Source of the DNA: a bacterium
Lineage (GTDB): Bacteria; Hinthialibacterota; Hinthialibacteria; Hinthialibacterales; Hinthialibacteraceae
Assembly: GCA_963662285.2 (NCBI GenBank)
Contig: CAXXMV010000001.1
Span: 576,001-640,000, forward strand
Length of the DNA stretch: 64,000 nt
Reading direction: 5' to 3'
A program made the position numbers and the translations under genes. Numbering within the stretch: the first letter of the stretch is position 1; each line of letters opens with the position of its first letter. The notes under the pieces were generated by a model that saw only the letters and a program-made list of their open reading frames with translations, did not search any database and was not told the origin of the DNA. Positions 18,707-27,269 of the stretch are shown piece after piece.

Positions 18707-19573
18707 ATGAAAATTGCAGTTGCCAGCGGAAAAGGCGGAACAGGCAAGACAACCATTTCCACTAATCTAGCTTACGAAGAAGCCAAAAGAGGGCGTCGGG
18801 TCACTTATGCTGATTGTGATGTAGAAGAACCAAACGGTCATTTATTCCTGAAGCCCATCATCAATTCATCCCAACCTGTTGGAATCATGGTTCCGGTCGT
18901 CGATGAAGACAAATGCAGCAATTGCGGACTATGCGGAGAAATCTGCGCTTACAGCGCCATTGTATGTTTGAGTGAGAAGGTTCTTACCTTCCCTGATATG
19001 TGTCATTCATGCGGAGGATGTTGGCTGGTTTGCCCTGAGCAAGCCATTTCTCAAACCTTGCGCGAAATGGGACGGGTTGAAACTGGACATTCAAATGCCA
19101 TTCAATTCGTACAAGGCATCCTGAATATCGGCGAGGCCATGAGTCCACCCGTCATCCGGGCGGTTAAGCAACATCTTCCCGAATCAGACATCGTTATACT
19201 CGACGCCCCTCCAGGGACATCCTGCCCGGTGATTGAAACTCTTAACGGCAGCGATTACGTAATCCTGGTCACTGAACCGACGCCGTTTGGTTTGAATGAC
19301 TTGATTCTGGCGGTCGACATGGTACGCGCATTACGTTATCCCTTTGGCGTCGTTATCAATCGAGCTGATCTGGGTAATAACGCCGTGCGGCAATACTGCC
19401 AGCGGCAAGATATTACCTTGCTTGCCGAAATTCCCGATAACCGCCGCATAGCCGAGTTCTATTCCAGGGGCGCATTAATCAGTGAGGCCATCCCGGAATA
19501 CGGTATTGTTTTTGAACAGATCATGGATCGCATTGTACGCGAAGTAGAAAACGCCGGGGTATCGTCATCATGA
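18707..19573 (+). CDS. MinD-superfamily P-loop ATPase with inserted 2x[4Fe-4S] ferredoxin (COG1149)
   Basis: SGKGGTGKT, DCDVEEPN, CSNCGLC..C, CHSCGGC..CP, DAPPGTSCP. Confidence 0.92.
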   Translation: MKIAVASGKGGTGKTTISTNLAYEEAKRGRRVTYADCDVEEPNGHLFLKPIINSSQPVGIMVPVVDEDKCSNCGLCGEICAYSAIVCLSEKVLTFPDMCHSCGGCWLVCPEQAISQTLREMGRVETGHSNAIQFVQGILNIGEAMSPPVIRAVKQHLPESDIVILDAPPGTSCPVIETLNGSDYVILVTEPTPFGLNDLILAVDMVRALRYPFGVVINRADLGNNAVRQYCQRQDITLLAEIPDNRRIAEFYSRGALISEAIPEYGIVFEQIMDRIVREVENAGVSSS

Positions 19574-20523
19574 AAGAAATAGTTGTCATCAGCGGTAAAG
19601 GCGGAACCGGCAAAACCTCATTAGTAGCATCATTCGCAGCCCTGGCCTCAAAAACCGTATTGGCTGACTGTGATGTAGATGCCGCCGACCTGCATCTCAT
19701 TCTTAACCCGGAAATATTCTGGAAAGAGAAATTCTCCGGAGGTTCCAGAGCGCGAATCCTTCCCGGACATTGCACGGCATGCGGTAAATGCGAAGAGATA
19801 TGCCGTTTCGACGCCATCTTTTTTGACGGTCAGGGAAACGGGGTGCAGGATAAAACCTTCCGTATTGATCCCATCGCTTGTGAAGGATGCGGAGTCTGCG
19901 CCTGGTTCTGCGCCGAAAAGGCTATAGAGTTCGCCCCATCCATTAATGGAGAGTGGTATAAATCAGATACCCGCTTTGGTCCACTGATTCACGCCCGCCT
20001 GGGAGTTGCTGAAGAAAATTCCGGCAAACTGGTCTCATTGGTTCGCAAGGAAGCCCAACAAATCGCTGAAGAAAGAAAACTTGACCTGGTTATCATTGAT
20101 GGATCGCCGGGTATTGGTTGTCCAGTTATTGCCTCAGTCACCGGCGCTGACCTGGCCGTCATTGTAACCGAACCAACCCTCAGCGGATTGCATGACCTCA
20201 AGCGGGTCGCCGCTCTAACTAAACAGTTCGGCATCACTACTATGGTATGCATTAATAAATGGGATATCAATCCCGAAATTTCTACTGCCATTGAAAACCA
20301 GGCCCTGGAATCAGGTTTTATAGTCGGTGGCCGCATCCGCTATGACAAGGCGGTTACGCTAGCGCAAATTCAAAAAAAATCCATCGTCGAATATCAATCG
20401 GATGGAATAGCCCAGGACATCAAAGATATCTGGTCGAAAATTGCTATGCAATTACCAAATACCATACGATCCACAATAACCAGGATTCCATCAGAATTAT
20501 CGAATGCTCAACCAAACAATTAA
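19570..20523 (+). CDS. Second COG1149 Fe-S P-loop ATPase
   Basis: SGKGGTGKT, DCDVDAAD, CTACGKC..C, CEGCGVC..C, DGSPGIGCP. Confidence 0.92.
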   Translation: MKEIVVISGKGGTGKTSLVASFAALASKTVLADCDVDAADLHLILNPEIFWKEKFSGGSRARILPGHCTACGKCEEICRFDAIFFDGQGNGVQDKTFRIDPIACEGCGVCAWFCAEKAIEFAPSINGEWYKSDTRFGPLIHARLGVAEENSGKLVSLVRKEAQQIAEERKLDLVIIDGSPGIGCPVIASVTGADLAVIVTEPTLSGLHDLKRVAALTKQFGITTMVCINKWDINPEISTAIENQALESGFIVGGRIRYDKAVTLAQIQKKSIVEYQSDGIAQDIKDIWSKIAMQLPNTIRSTITRIPSELSNAQPNN

Positions 20524-20575
20524 ATGTAACATCATATAATCAAAAAAGAATCAGGGAAAAATAGGAGACTTAAAA

Positions 20576-20914
20576 ATGAAAATTGCTATCCCCTTAGCCG
20601 ACGGTAAATTATGCGCTCATTTCGGCCATTGCCAGGAATTTGCTTTAGTTGAAGTTGATCAAGAGGCCAAAACCATAACTGGTCAAGCACGCCATACGCC
20701 GCCGCCTCACGAACCCGGCGTCTTGCCGCAGTGGCTGCATGAGTTAGGCGCCAACGTCATTATTGCCGGAGGTATGGGACAACGGGCGCATACGCTTTTC
20801 GCTCAAAATGATATCAGCGTTGTAGTTGGCGCCTCCGCTGATTCACCCGAAAACCTTGTCACCCAATATTTGAGCGAAACCCTTAAAACCGGCGATAACT
20901 TGTGCGACCACTAG
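20576..20914 (+). CDS. NifB/NifX-family protein
   Basis: HFGHC, PPPHEPGVLP, IAGGMG, C-terminal CDH. Confidence 0.9.
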   Translation: MKIAIPLADGKLCAHFGHCQEFALVEVDQEAKTITGQARHTPPPHEPGVLPQWLHELGANVIIAGGMGQRAHTLFAQNDISVVVGASADSPENLVTQYLSETLKTGDNLCDH

Positions 20915-21099
20915 TACTATGTCCAACTCATAATGTCGCGTAACAAAGTCCCCTCTCCCTCTGCATGTAGGGCGCGCCCCTTGTGGGCGCCCGAAATTTT
21001 CATAAGCATCAGAGTGAGGGGGAAAATCAAAGCAACTCCCGACAAAGCGTGATAATAAACGAACATAATTTTAATAATCGCTTTAACTGGAGCACAAAT

Positions 21100-21756
21100 A
21101 TGAAACTTAAAACCACCCGATTATTAATCCTCTGTTCTGGAGCGCTTTTGATTATTCTGGCTTTTTATCCACGGCCAGCAACTACGAATACGGTAGAACA
21201 CGATATTGCTTCTCTATCGAACGGGATGAATCCTGCTATGAACCAAATCTTAAATCAGCAATCAACCAAATCAACAGACGGGATTGTTTCTCCGGCAAAA
21301 GATAAAGTTCAGTCTTTTACCTTTAGCCCGATTGGAATAGTTCATTCTCCTTACTCCAAGGATAAGCGGCCTCCACGGCAGGGGCGCTTGGCGCCGGATG
21401 TTCCCGCGAAAATTGAGATATACCGGGAATTTCAGGAAGGTTTGGAAGGTCTGGAGAGTTGTGATTACATTATTGTTCTGTTTGTTTTCGACCAAAGCCA
21501 GGGGTGGCATGCCAAAGTCACCCCTCCCGGCGCCAGTCATTCCAGAGGAGTTTTCTCCACCCGCTCGCCCAACAGACCATGCCCCATTGGTATGACCCTT
21601 GTCCGACTGGACAAAATTGAAGGCCGCATTCTTCACATTTCCGGCATTGATGCATTCGATCAAACGCCTATTCTAGATATTAAACCTTATGTCAAAAGCA
21701 TAGATTCACTTGCAGGCGATACAGAGAAAGTCGAAAAAGAACTAGGATTAAAATAA
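21100..21756 (+). CDS. TsaA/TrmO-family SAM-binding protein with N-terminal hydrophobic extension
   Basis: PIGIVHSPY, GVFSTRSPNRPCPIG, TPILDIKPY; start 21100 after GGAG. Confidence 0.85.
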   Translation: MKLKTTRLLILCSGALLIILAFYPRPATTNTVEHDIASLSNGMNPAMNQILNQQSTKSTDGIVSPAKDKVQSFTFSPIGIVHSPYSKDKRPPRQGRLAPDVPAKIEIYREFQEGLEGLESCDYIIVLFVFDQSQGWHAKVTPPGASHSRGVFSTRSPNRPCPIGMTLVRLDKIEGRILHISGIDAFDQTPILDIKPYVKSIDSLAGDTEKVEKELGLK

Positions 21757-21784
21757 GCCAGTCGGAAATTTTTGGGAATCAGTC

Positions 21785-22633
21785 ATGAATAAGAATAATA
21801 TCCATATCCAAGTCTTAGTAGAAAACACCGCAACAGGTAAAGCCATACTGGCTGAACATGGGCTATCTTTTTTTATCAAAAAAGATAGCCATTTATTTCT
21901 GTTCGATACCGGACAAGGATTCGTACTATCCAATAACGCGGCAAAGTTTGATATTGATTTACAACAGATCGAAGCGATTGTCTTGAGCCATGGACATCAT
22001 GATCATTGCGGTGGTCTACGCTTCTTCGCCGATGCCGGTAATCAAACCAGGATTTTTGCTCATCCCGCAGCTTTTCAGCCAAAATTCTCCAAAACAAATC
22101 AAGGCCGTACATATCCGGTTGGTATGGAGTCAGTTATCGAACAGCATATTCCTCAATTTATGCAACGTACAACCTTCACCGAAGGGCCTACCGAAATCAT
22201 AGATGGAGTATGGATTACTGGATATGTTCCCAAAAATAACGACTTCGAGAAATCTTCCGGACCTTTCTTTTTGGATCAACAATGCCAGCAGACGGATCAA
22301 TTAATTGACGATCAATCCATGTTTTTCATAACGCCTCAAGGAGTAGTAGTTCTGCTGGGTTGCGCTCATGCTGGAATCATCAATACCCTGCAATACATCC
22401 AAAGCCAGACCGGCAACCTTCCATTCCATTACGTCATCGGTGGAACCCATTTAGTAAACGCCTCTCCAGAACGCATACTCCGCACTATACAGGAATTGCG
22501 TAAACTTAACGTCCAGCATATAGCGCCATGTCATTGCACTGGACTCCCGGCCATACTGGCGCTGCATAACGCATTCCAGCAACAATGCACTGCATGCAAA
22601 GTTGGGACTGCTTATGATTTTGAATTGATTTAG
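21785..22633 (+). CDS. MBL-fold metallohydrolase (COG1237-type)
   Basis: AEHGLS, FDTG, SHGHHDHCGG, GCAHAG, GGTHL, PCHCTG. Confidence 0.9.
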   Translation: MNKNNIHIQVLVENTATGKAILAEHGLSFFIKKDSHLFLFDTGQGFVLSNNAAKFDIDLQQIEAIVLSHGHHDHCGGLRFFADAGNQTRIFAHPAAFQPKFSKTNQGRTYPVGMESVIEQHIPQFMQRTTFTEGPTEIIDGVWITGYVPKNNDFEKSSGPFFLDQQCQQTDQLIDDQSMFFITPQGVVVLLGCAHAGIINTLQYIQSQTGNLPFHYVIGGTHLVNASPERILRTIQELRKLNVQHIAPCHCTGLPAILALHNAFQQQCTACKVGTAYDFELI

Positions 22634-22636
22634 ATT

Positions 22637-23107
22637 ATGGAAAACTATGTAAGAACCATCAGAAAAGCAATAGGCGCTGAGAAAATATTCGTCCCCGGCG
22701 TTAGAGGAATTATTGTAACCCAGAAGGAAGAGATTCTGTTACAACTGAGAACCGATACATCCTCATGGGGGCTGCCCGCCGGATCGGTTGAGTTGAATGA
22801 GACGGCGCGCCAGGCGCTGATCCGCGAAATTAAAGAAGAGACCAACCTGGATGTTATATCCGCTGAACCCATGAGCCTGTCTTGCGGGCCTTCGCAACAA
22901 TGCACTTATCCCAATGGCGATTGTATACAATGTTTTGCACTGACTTTCGTTATTAGGGAGTGGGCAGGTCAACCGACGCCGGATATGGATGAAGGATCAG
23001 AACTTAAATTCTTTCCTCTATCGGATTTACCTGAAAACTTGATTGCCATCCATAAGGAGACCCTTGAAGATTATGTCCGTTATGATGGGAATTTTATTGT
23101 ACTCTAG
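22637..23107 (+). CDS. NUDIX hydrolase
   Basis: Nudix box GSVELNETARQALIREIKEETNL. Confidence 0.9.
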   Translation: MENYVRTIRKAIGAEKIFVPGVRGIIVTQKEEILLQLRTDTSSWGLPAGSVELNETARQALIREIKEETNLDVISAEPMSLSCGPSQQCTYPNGDCIQCFALTFVIREWAGQPTPDMDEGSELKFFPLSDLPENLIAIHKETLEDYVRYDGNFIVL

Positions 23108-23136
23108 AAAATGATGGTATTGGAAAGATAACTGAG

Positions 23137-23751
23137 ATGACAGAATTACATGATCAAGTGCATTATTTAGAAAGCCATATAGGCGGTAAATGGATCGGCG
23201 TTAAATTCAATCCTCAAGCCAGCGGAGATAAAAAAAACACTGCACCGCAAATGCGGATTTGCGAAGCAATTAAAAAAGCAGCGAATGAACGCATTATTCT
23301 TCCGGTTGAGCAAATCAGCTGCCTGGGAGGGCAGTATAGCGTCGGCGCTTTATCGGATGATAAAGAATTAATCCAGCATGTTTGCGAAAATAATAATCTA
23401 GAATATAAACCGATGCAGCGCCTGATTCGTCAAAATCATACATTACAAAATATCCAGGCCATCGAGTTCGGCGATATAGATCAACCGGATGTAATCATTT
23501 CTTATTGCACTCCATATATTTCGATGCAGCTTATCCGGCTGTGGCAGACGCAATTTTACCGTGACATGCCTATGAAGATTTCCACTTTCTTGGCCACTTG
23601 CAGCAGTGTATTGGTGAAGGCATATACATCTAACCAGATATGTTTATCTATGGGTTGCGCTACATCGCGCGAAATGGGTTTGATCGCCGAAGATCAGTTA
23701 GTGATCGGGATTCCCTGTGGATTGCTGAAAGAGATGATTGAGAAGGAATGA
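23137..23751 (+). CDS. DUF169-family protein
   Basis: IGVKF, RICEA, ISCLGG, SMGCATSR, LVIGIP. Confidence 0.7.
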   Translation: MTELHDQVHYLESHIGGKWIGVKFNPQASGDKKNTAPQMRICEAIKKAANERIILPVEQISCLGGQYSVGALSDDKELIQHVCENNNLEYKPMQRLIRQNHTLQNIQAIEFGDIDQPDVIISYCTPYISMQLIRLWQTQFYRDMPMKISTFLATCSSVLVKAYTSNQICLSMGCATSREMGLIAEDQLVIGIPCGLLKEMIEKE

Positions 23752-24721
23752 AAAAATGACTACCAATGAAGGCCAAGCAAAATCTGAAGTTAATCACGTT
23801 TTCGGGCCGGTTCCGTCACGCCGCTTAAAACGATCCCTGGGAATCGATCTGGTTCCTTATAAAACCTGTTCCTATGATTGCATCTATTGCCAGTTGGGCG
23901 TCACTACCGATAAAACTGTAACCCGGAAAGAATGGGTTTCCCTCGATTTGCTTTTAGAGCAGCTGCAACAGCGTTTGAGTGAGATTAGTACTCCACCTGA
24001 TTACATTACTTTGAGTGGATCAGGCGAGCCGACGCTTTATTCGCGGCTGGATGAGTTGATAGATGGGATTAAGAAGATAAGTTCGACGCCGATAGCACTG
24101 CTTACTAACGGCTCGTTGCTCTGGCAACCGGAGGTGCGTCAGCAGATACTAGATGTAGATTTAATTGTTCCTTCACTGGATATCGGAGACGAAAAGATGT
24201 TTCAAAATGTGAATCGTCCCCATGAATCAATTACATTTCCTAAAATGCTTGAGGGTTTGATAAAATTGCGGGAAGAATTCCATAACCAATATTGGTTGGA
24301 GGTTTTCCTGCTGGATGGTTACACTGCTCTACCAGCCGAAATCGATAAAATAATTGATTGCGTAAAGCAAATAAAACCCGACCGCGTGCAACTGAATACC
24401 GTCGAAAGACCTCCCGCTGAGGAATTCGCTTATGTGGTTCAGGCAAAGCATTTGCGGCAGATCGCCGGTTTGTTTGATCCCCCCGCAGAAGTTATCGCCG
24501 GATATCAAGGCGTCCCCGAAGAAGCATATTCCGGTCATCTGGATCAAGACATCATCACAATCCTAAAAAGGCGGCCATGCACTTTGAACGACATATCCAA
24601 TGTTTTAGGCGTACCGCATAACACCACGGTGAAATGTCTCTATCACCTTTCAAAAGAGAACAGAGTTGTTACTAAAAATATCAATGGACAAGTCTATTAT
24701 GATGATACGCCGGCGTCTTGA
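23738..24721 (+). CDS. Radical SAM protein (COG0731, TYW1-like)
   Basis: FGPVPSRRL, CSYDCIYC, SGSGEPTL, TNGSL; start may be 23756. Confidence 0.9.
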   Translation: MRRNEKMTTNEGQAKSEVNHVFGPVPSRRLKRSLGIDLVPYKTCSYDCIYCQLGVTTDKTVTRKEWVSLDLLLEQLQQRLSEISTPPDYITLSGSGEPTLYSRLDELIDGIKKISSTPIALLTNGSLLWQPEVRQQILDVDLIVPSLDIGDEKMFQNVNRPHESITFPKMLEGLIKLREEFHNQYWLEVFLLDGYTALPAEIDKIIDCVKQIKPDRVQLNTVERPPAEEFAYVVQAKHLRQIAGLFDPPAEVIAGYQGVPEEAYSGHLDQDIITILKRRPCTLNDISNVLGVPHNTTVKCLYHLSKENRVVTKNINGQVYYDDTPAS

Positions 24722-25240
24722 TTATGCGCCAAGAAATTTATAAGAGACCAAGAAATCTACCGCCATCTTTTGAGGTCCAATAATAAAATCATTCTTCTGT
24801 AACAAACTTTCCAATATGTCGTTACATTTTTTCTTTGATATTGCGTTGCCAACATAAAGGTCTCGCAATACCATTGCGAGATTCCCAAAATCGATTTTGG
24901 CATTCCTTGAATTTATTGCTAAGAGTTTGTCTCCGGTAATGATCCTCAATTGATGATGGACGCCGCACGCAAATACTAAACTATCTATTCCTGCTAATTT
25001 TGGGCTTAATTTTGCTTTGACTAATATTTGCGATAGTTGTTTAGGGGAAGGTAGTTCCCTGATTTCTACAAATCCTCTTATTCTATCAGATGTTTCGGCC
25101 AACAAGTTATCTTCTGTCAGGCATTCTTCAATAGCATATATACCTTTAAAATACTTTTTGAAATCACCATGATCCACCAGAATGTGATCTAAGGTGATTA
25201 ATGAACAAGTATCAAAAAGAGTGTTATGCCACCATTTCAC
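24722..25240 (-). CDS. PIN-domain protein (putative ribonuclease toxin)
   Basis: TLFDTCSLI, a conserved-position E, IDSLVFA and ITGDKLL give the PIN acidic motif pattern; overlaps the upstream gene by 17 nt. Confidence 0.7.
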   Translation of the reverse strand: MKWWHNTLFDTCSLITLDHILVDHGDFKKYFKGIYAIEECLTEDNLLAETSDRIRGFVEIRELPSPKQLSQILVKAKLSPKLAGIDSLVFACGVHHQLRIITGDKLLAINSRNAKIDFGNLAMVLRDLYVGNAISKKKCNDILESLLQKNDFIIGPQKMAVDFLVSYKFLGA

Positions 25241-26384
25241 TTTTATTATTAAGCCACCTTCCGGTCATTTCTTGGGCTTCATCAATTCTTATCTGAAACA
25301 TCTCTGCAACTTTAGACACGGAAATTTCTTCGTTGATGAAAGCAGCGTATATTAATCTCCCGAAACGATAAGATTTATTTAATGTACTAACTTGAATTGG
25401 CTCTGGCTCCAAGTTTTCCATTATAGTTTTAACTCGAATGCCTAGTTTGCGTTTAACTTCTACAATCAATGCCTTATACGTAATCGTGGTTAAACTTTCC
25501 TGCGTAAGACGCCTGAATAAACACCAAAAACTAACGCCAAAATAGCGTTTCAATAAAACTAAAGCATTAAAAACAGGAAGCCGATTAAGATGCTCCTGCT
25601 GCCAAATGCGATAGAGTTCATTTCGAGGAACCAGGAAATATCCTGCAAATATATCGGCTTCTTTTTCATAATCACGGTCATTTTCTGTATCATCCGGCTT
25701 ATTAGTAAATAGGTGTGGATGCAATACCAAATGACCCAATTCATGCGCGACGCTAAAGATGGTTCTTTCCACTGCACGGTCACGATCACGAATCATCATT
25801 AATGCCATATCATCATATAACACACTCAATGCATCAATTCCACTTTGATTCGATTTAAAGAAAAGCGGTCTGATTCCAATATTTTCAAGAAATTTAGATA
25901 TATTTTGGTAGTTAATACCTTCTCCACCGCATTTTTCTTTTACTTCGCAAGCCGCATTTTCTAACCATCTATCAGGATTCTCCTTTGCTTCTGGAGACAA
26001 ATCGCATTGAGGTATTTTGATTTGAATCTTCGAGTTTCTTATTTCCTCAATCTCAATATAAGAATTCAAATATTTTCTCGCCATTGCGATAATCTTGGGA
26101 TCGCTTTTTAATTTCTTATGTGCACGGAAAGCAAATTTAGGCGCCTGTTCCGATTGCTTCTCGGAAAACATATCCATAATGCTGCAACCGAGAGTATTAA
26201 CAATTTTCACCAAATCTTTACTGTTAGGTTCAGTCCTTCCATTCTCGTAATTAACAATAGTATTCCGGTTTACTCCAATAGCTCGCGCTAATTGGATTTG
26301 CGTTAAACCAATACTCTCTCTCTGGAATTTAATTCTCCTACTAATATCTATATTTGTATCGTCCAATTCCTCCGTGATTCCCAT
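25224..26384 (-). CDS. XRE-family HTH fused to ImmA/IrrE (DUF955) zinc metallopeptidase
   Basis: LTQIQLARAIGVNRNTIVNYENGRTEP HTH; FRA; AHELGH (HExxH); EKEADIFAGYFLVP; start 26384 after GGAG (ORF track start 26438). Confidence 0.92.
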   Translation of the reverse strand: MGITEELDDTNIDISRRIKFQRESIGLTQIQLARAIGVNRNTIVNYENGRTEPNSKDLVKIVNTLGCSIMDMFSEKQSEQAPKFAFRAHKKLKSDPKIIAMARKYLNSYIEIEEIRNSKIQIKIPQCDLSPEAKENPDRWLENAACEVKEKCGGEGINYQNISKFLENIGIRPLFFKSNQSGIDALSVLYDDMALMMIRDRDRAVERTIFSVAHELGHLVLHPHLFTNKPDDTENDRDYEKEADIFAGYFLVPRNELYRIWQQEHLNRLPVFNALVLLKRYFGVSFWCLFRRLTQESLTTITYKALIVEVKRKLGIRVKTIMENLEPEPIQVSTLNKSYRFGRLIYAAFINEEISVSKVAEMFQIRIDEAQEMTGRWLNNKSEMVA

Positions 26385-26450
26385 GATCCTACTCCGTTTT
26401 CTGACAATCGTCCCGCCATATTCTCCCTTATTATGCATAATACTTTGTTC

Positions 26451-26523
26451 ATTTTACAGACAATTAGGTTTGAGTCAATACTATATGCACAAATATTTGT
26501 GCATATAGTATTGACTCAAACCT
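26451..26523 (-). promoter_or_regulatory. Promoter of the HTH-IrrE/PIN pair overlapped by a perfect 58-bp palindrome (26466-26523)
   Basis: Minus strand TTGACT-16-TAAAAT; AGGTTTGAGTCAATACTATATGCACAAAT|ATTTGTGCATATAGTATTGACTCAAACCT. Confidence 0.7.
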
Positions 26524-26622
26524 CCTACTTGATTCTGGATTTTTCGAATAGCGAATCAGAATGCTTTTATCAAGAACCATTCTATTTCCCTATATTCCCT
26601 CTCATTCCCCAAAAAAAACCTA

Positions 26623-26650
26623 TTGTTTTTGTCATATAGGCTAGTATAAT
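26623..26650 (+). promoter_or_regulatory. Sigma70-type promoter of RNA unit 1
   Basis: TTGTTT-16-TATAAT, then GTAGAAAC 7 nt downstream. Confidence 0.55.
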
Positions 26651-26656
26651 TAATAC

Positions 26657-26855
26657 GTAGAAACATAAAACAAGGGGCCGCTCGAAGTACCATGCCCCTA
26701 TTCGGGTCTAAGAGATATTCGATCTCTTGACCAAGGTTCAAGCCTCGGAGCGCAATGTTTCGGGGAAGAGAAAGGATGGCGTGAATGATAGAAGATACGC
26801 CGCCTACAAAGTAAGAAGGGGTCATCAACTATGCACGATGGCCCCTTCGCTTTTT
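26657..26855 (+). ncRNA. Candidate structured RNA unit 1 (multi-hairpin, mini-ORF MIEDTPPTK, intrinsic terminator)
   Basis: Own promoter and terminator; ungapped direct repeat of unit 2 with substitutions in loops or pairing-compatible. Confidence 0.6.
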
Positions 26856-27000
26856 AAATAGTAATTTTTTTATTCAAAAAACCACCCTAATTCACCTATC
26901 TCTTTATCAATCAATATAATGCAGGCATATCGCAGGTATGAGATTATTTTCCTCCAGACATTTGTACTATTTATTTCCCCATATTTCCAAAAAAACCCTA

Positions 27001-27028
27001 TTGCATTTACCATACAGGCTGGTAAAAT
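27001..27028 (+). promoter_or_regulatory. Sigma70-type promoter of RNA unit 2
   Basis: TTGCAT-16-TAAAAT with TGn extended -10, then GTAGAAAC 7 nt downstream. Confidence 0.55.
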
Positions 27029-27034
27029 ATATAT

Positions 27035-27230
27035 GTAGAAACAAAAACGGGGCCACTCGCAGTACAATGCCCCTATTCGGGTCTAAGAGATATTTAATCT
27101 CTAGACCATGGTTTAAGCCCCGAAGCGCAATGTTTCGGGGAAGAGAAAGGATGGCGTGAATGATAGAAGATACGCCACCAAAAATGTAAGAAGGGGTCAT
27201 CAACTATGCACGATGACCCCTTCGCATTTT
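27035..27230 (+). ncRNA. Candidate structured RNA unit 2 (mini-ORF MIEDTPPKM)
   Basis: Paralog of 26657-26855 at 375-bp offset; terminator GAAGGGGTCATC/GATGACCCCTTC. Confidence 0.6.
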
Positions 27231-27269
27231 AAACAACCATTGTTCTCCTATATTCCCATATCACCTGCT

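Noticed and set aside
16244-20914. Nitrogen fixation cluster
   Set aside because: Only NifB/NifX-like small domains and COG1149 ATPases; no nifH, nifD, nifK, nifE or nifN.
26466-26523. Protelomerase (telRL-like) target
   Set aside because: Length is similar, but there is no protelomerase or phage/plasmid gene in the window.
26692-26784. 30-codon ORF MPLFGSKRY... with an in-frame TGA in unit 1 (selenocysteine?)
   Set aside because: The aligned codon in unit 2 is AGA (Arg), not Cys; there is no RBS; the apparently synonymous changes are equally explained by base pairing.
26556-27203. Minus-strand paralogous ORFs 26556..26828 and 26967..27203 (MMTPSY...)
   Set aside because: No RBS, differences are mostly non-synonymous, ends differ, and promoter and terminator signals point to the plus strand; likely shadows of the RNA units, though not formally excluded.
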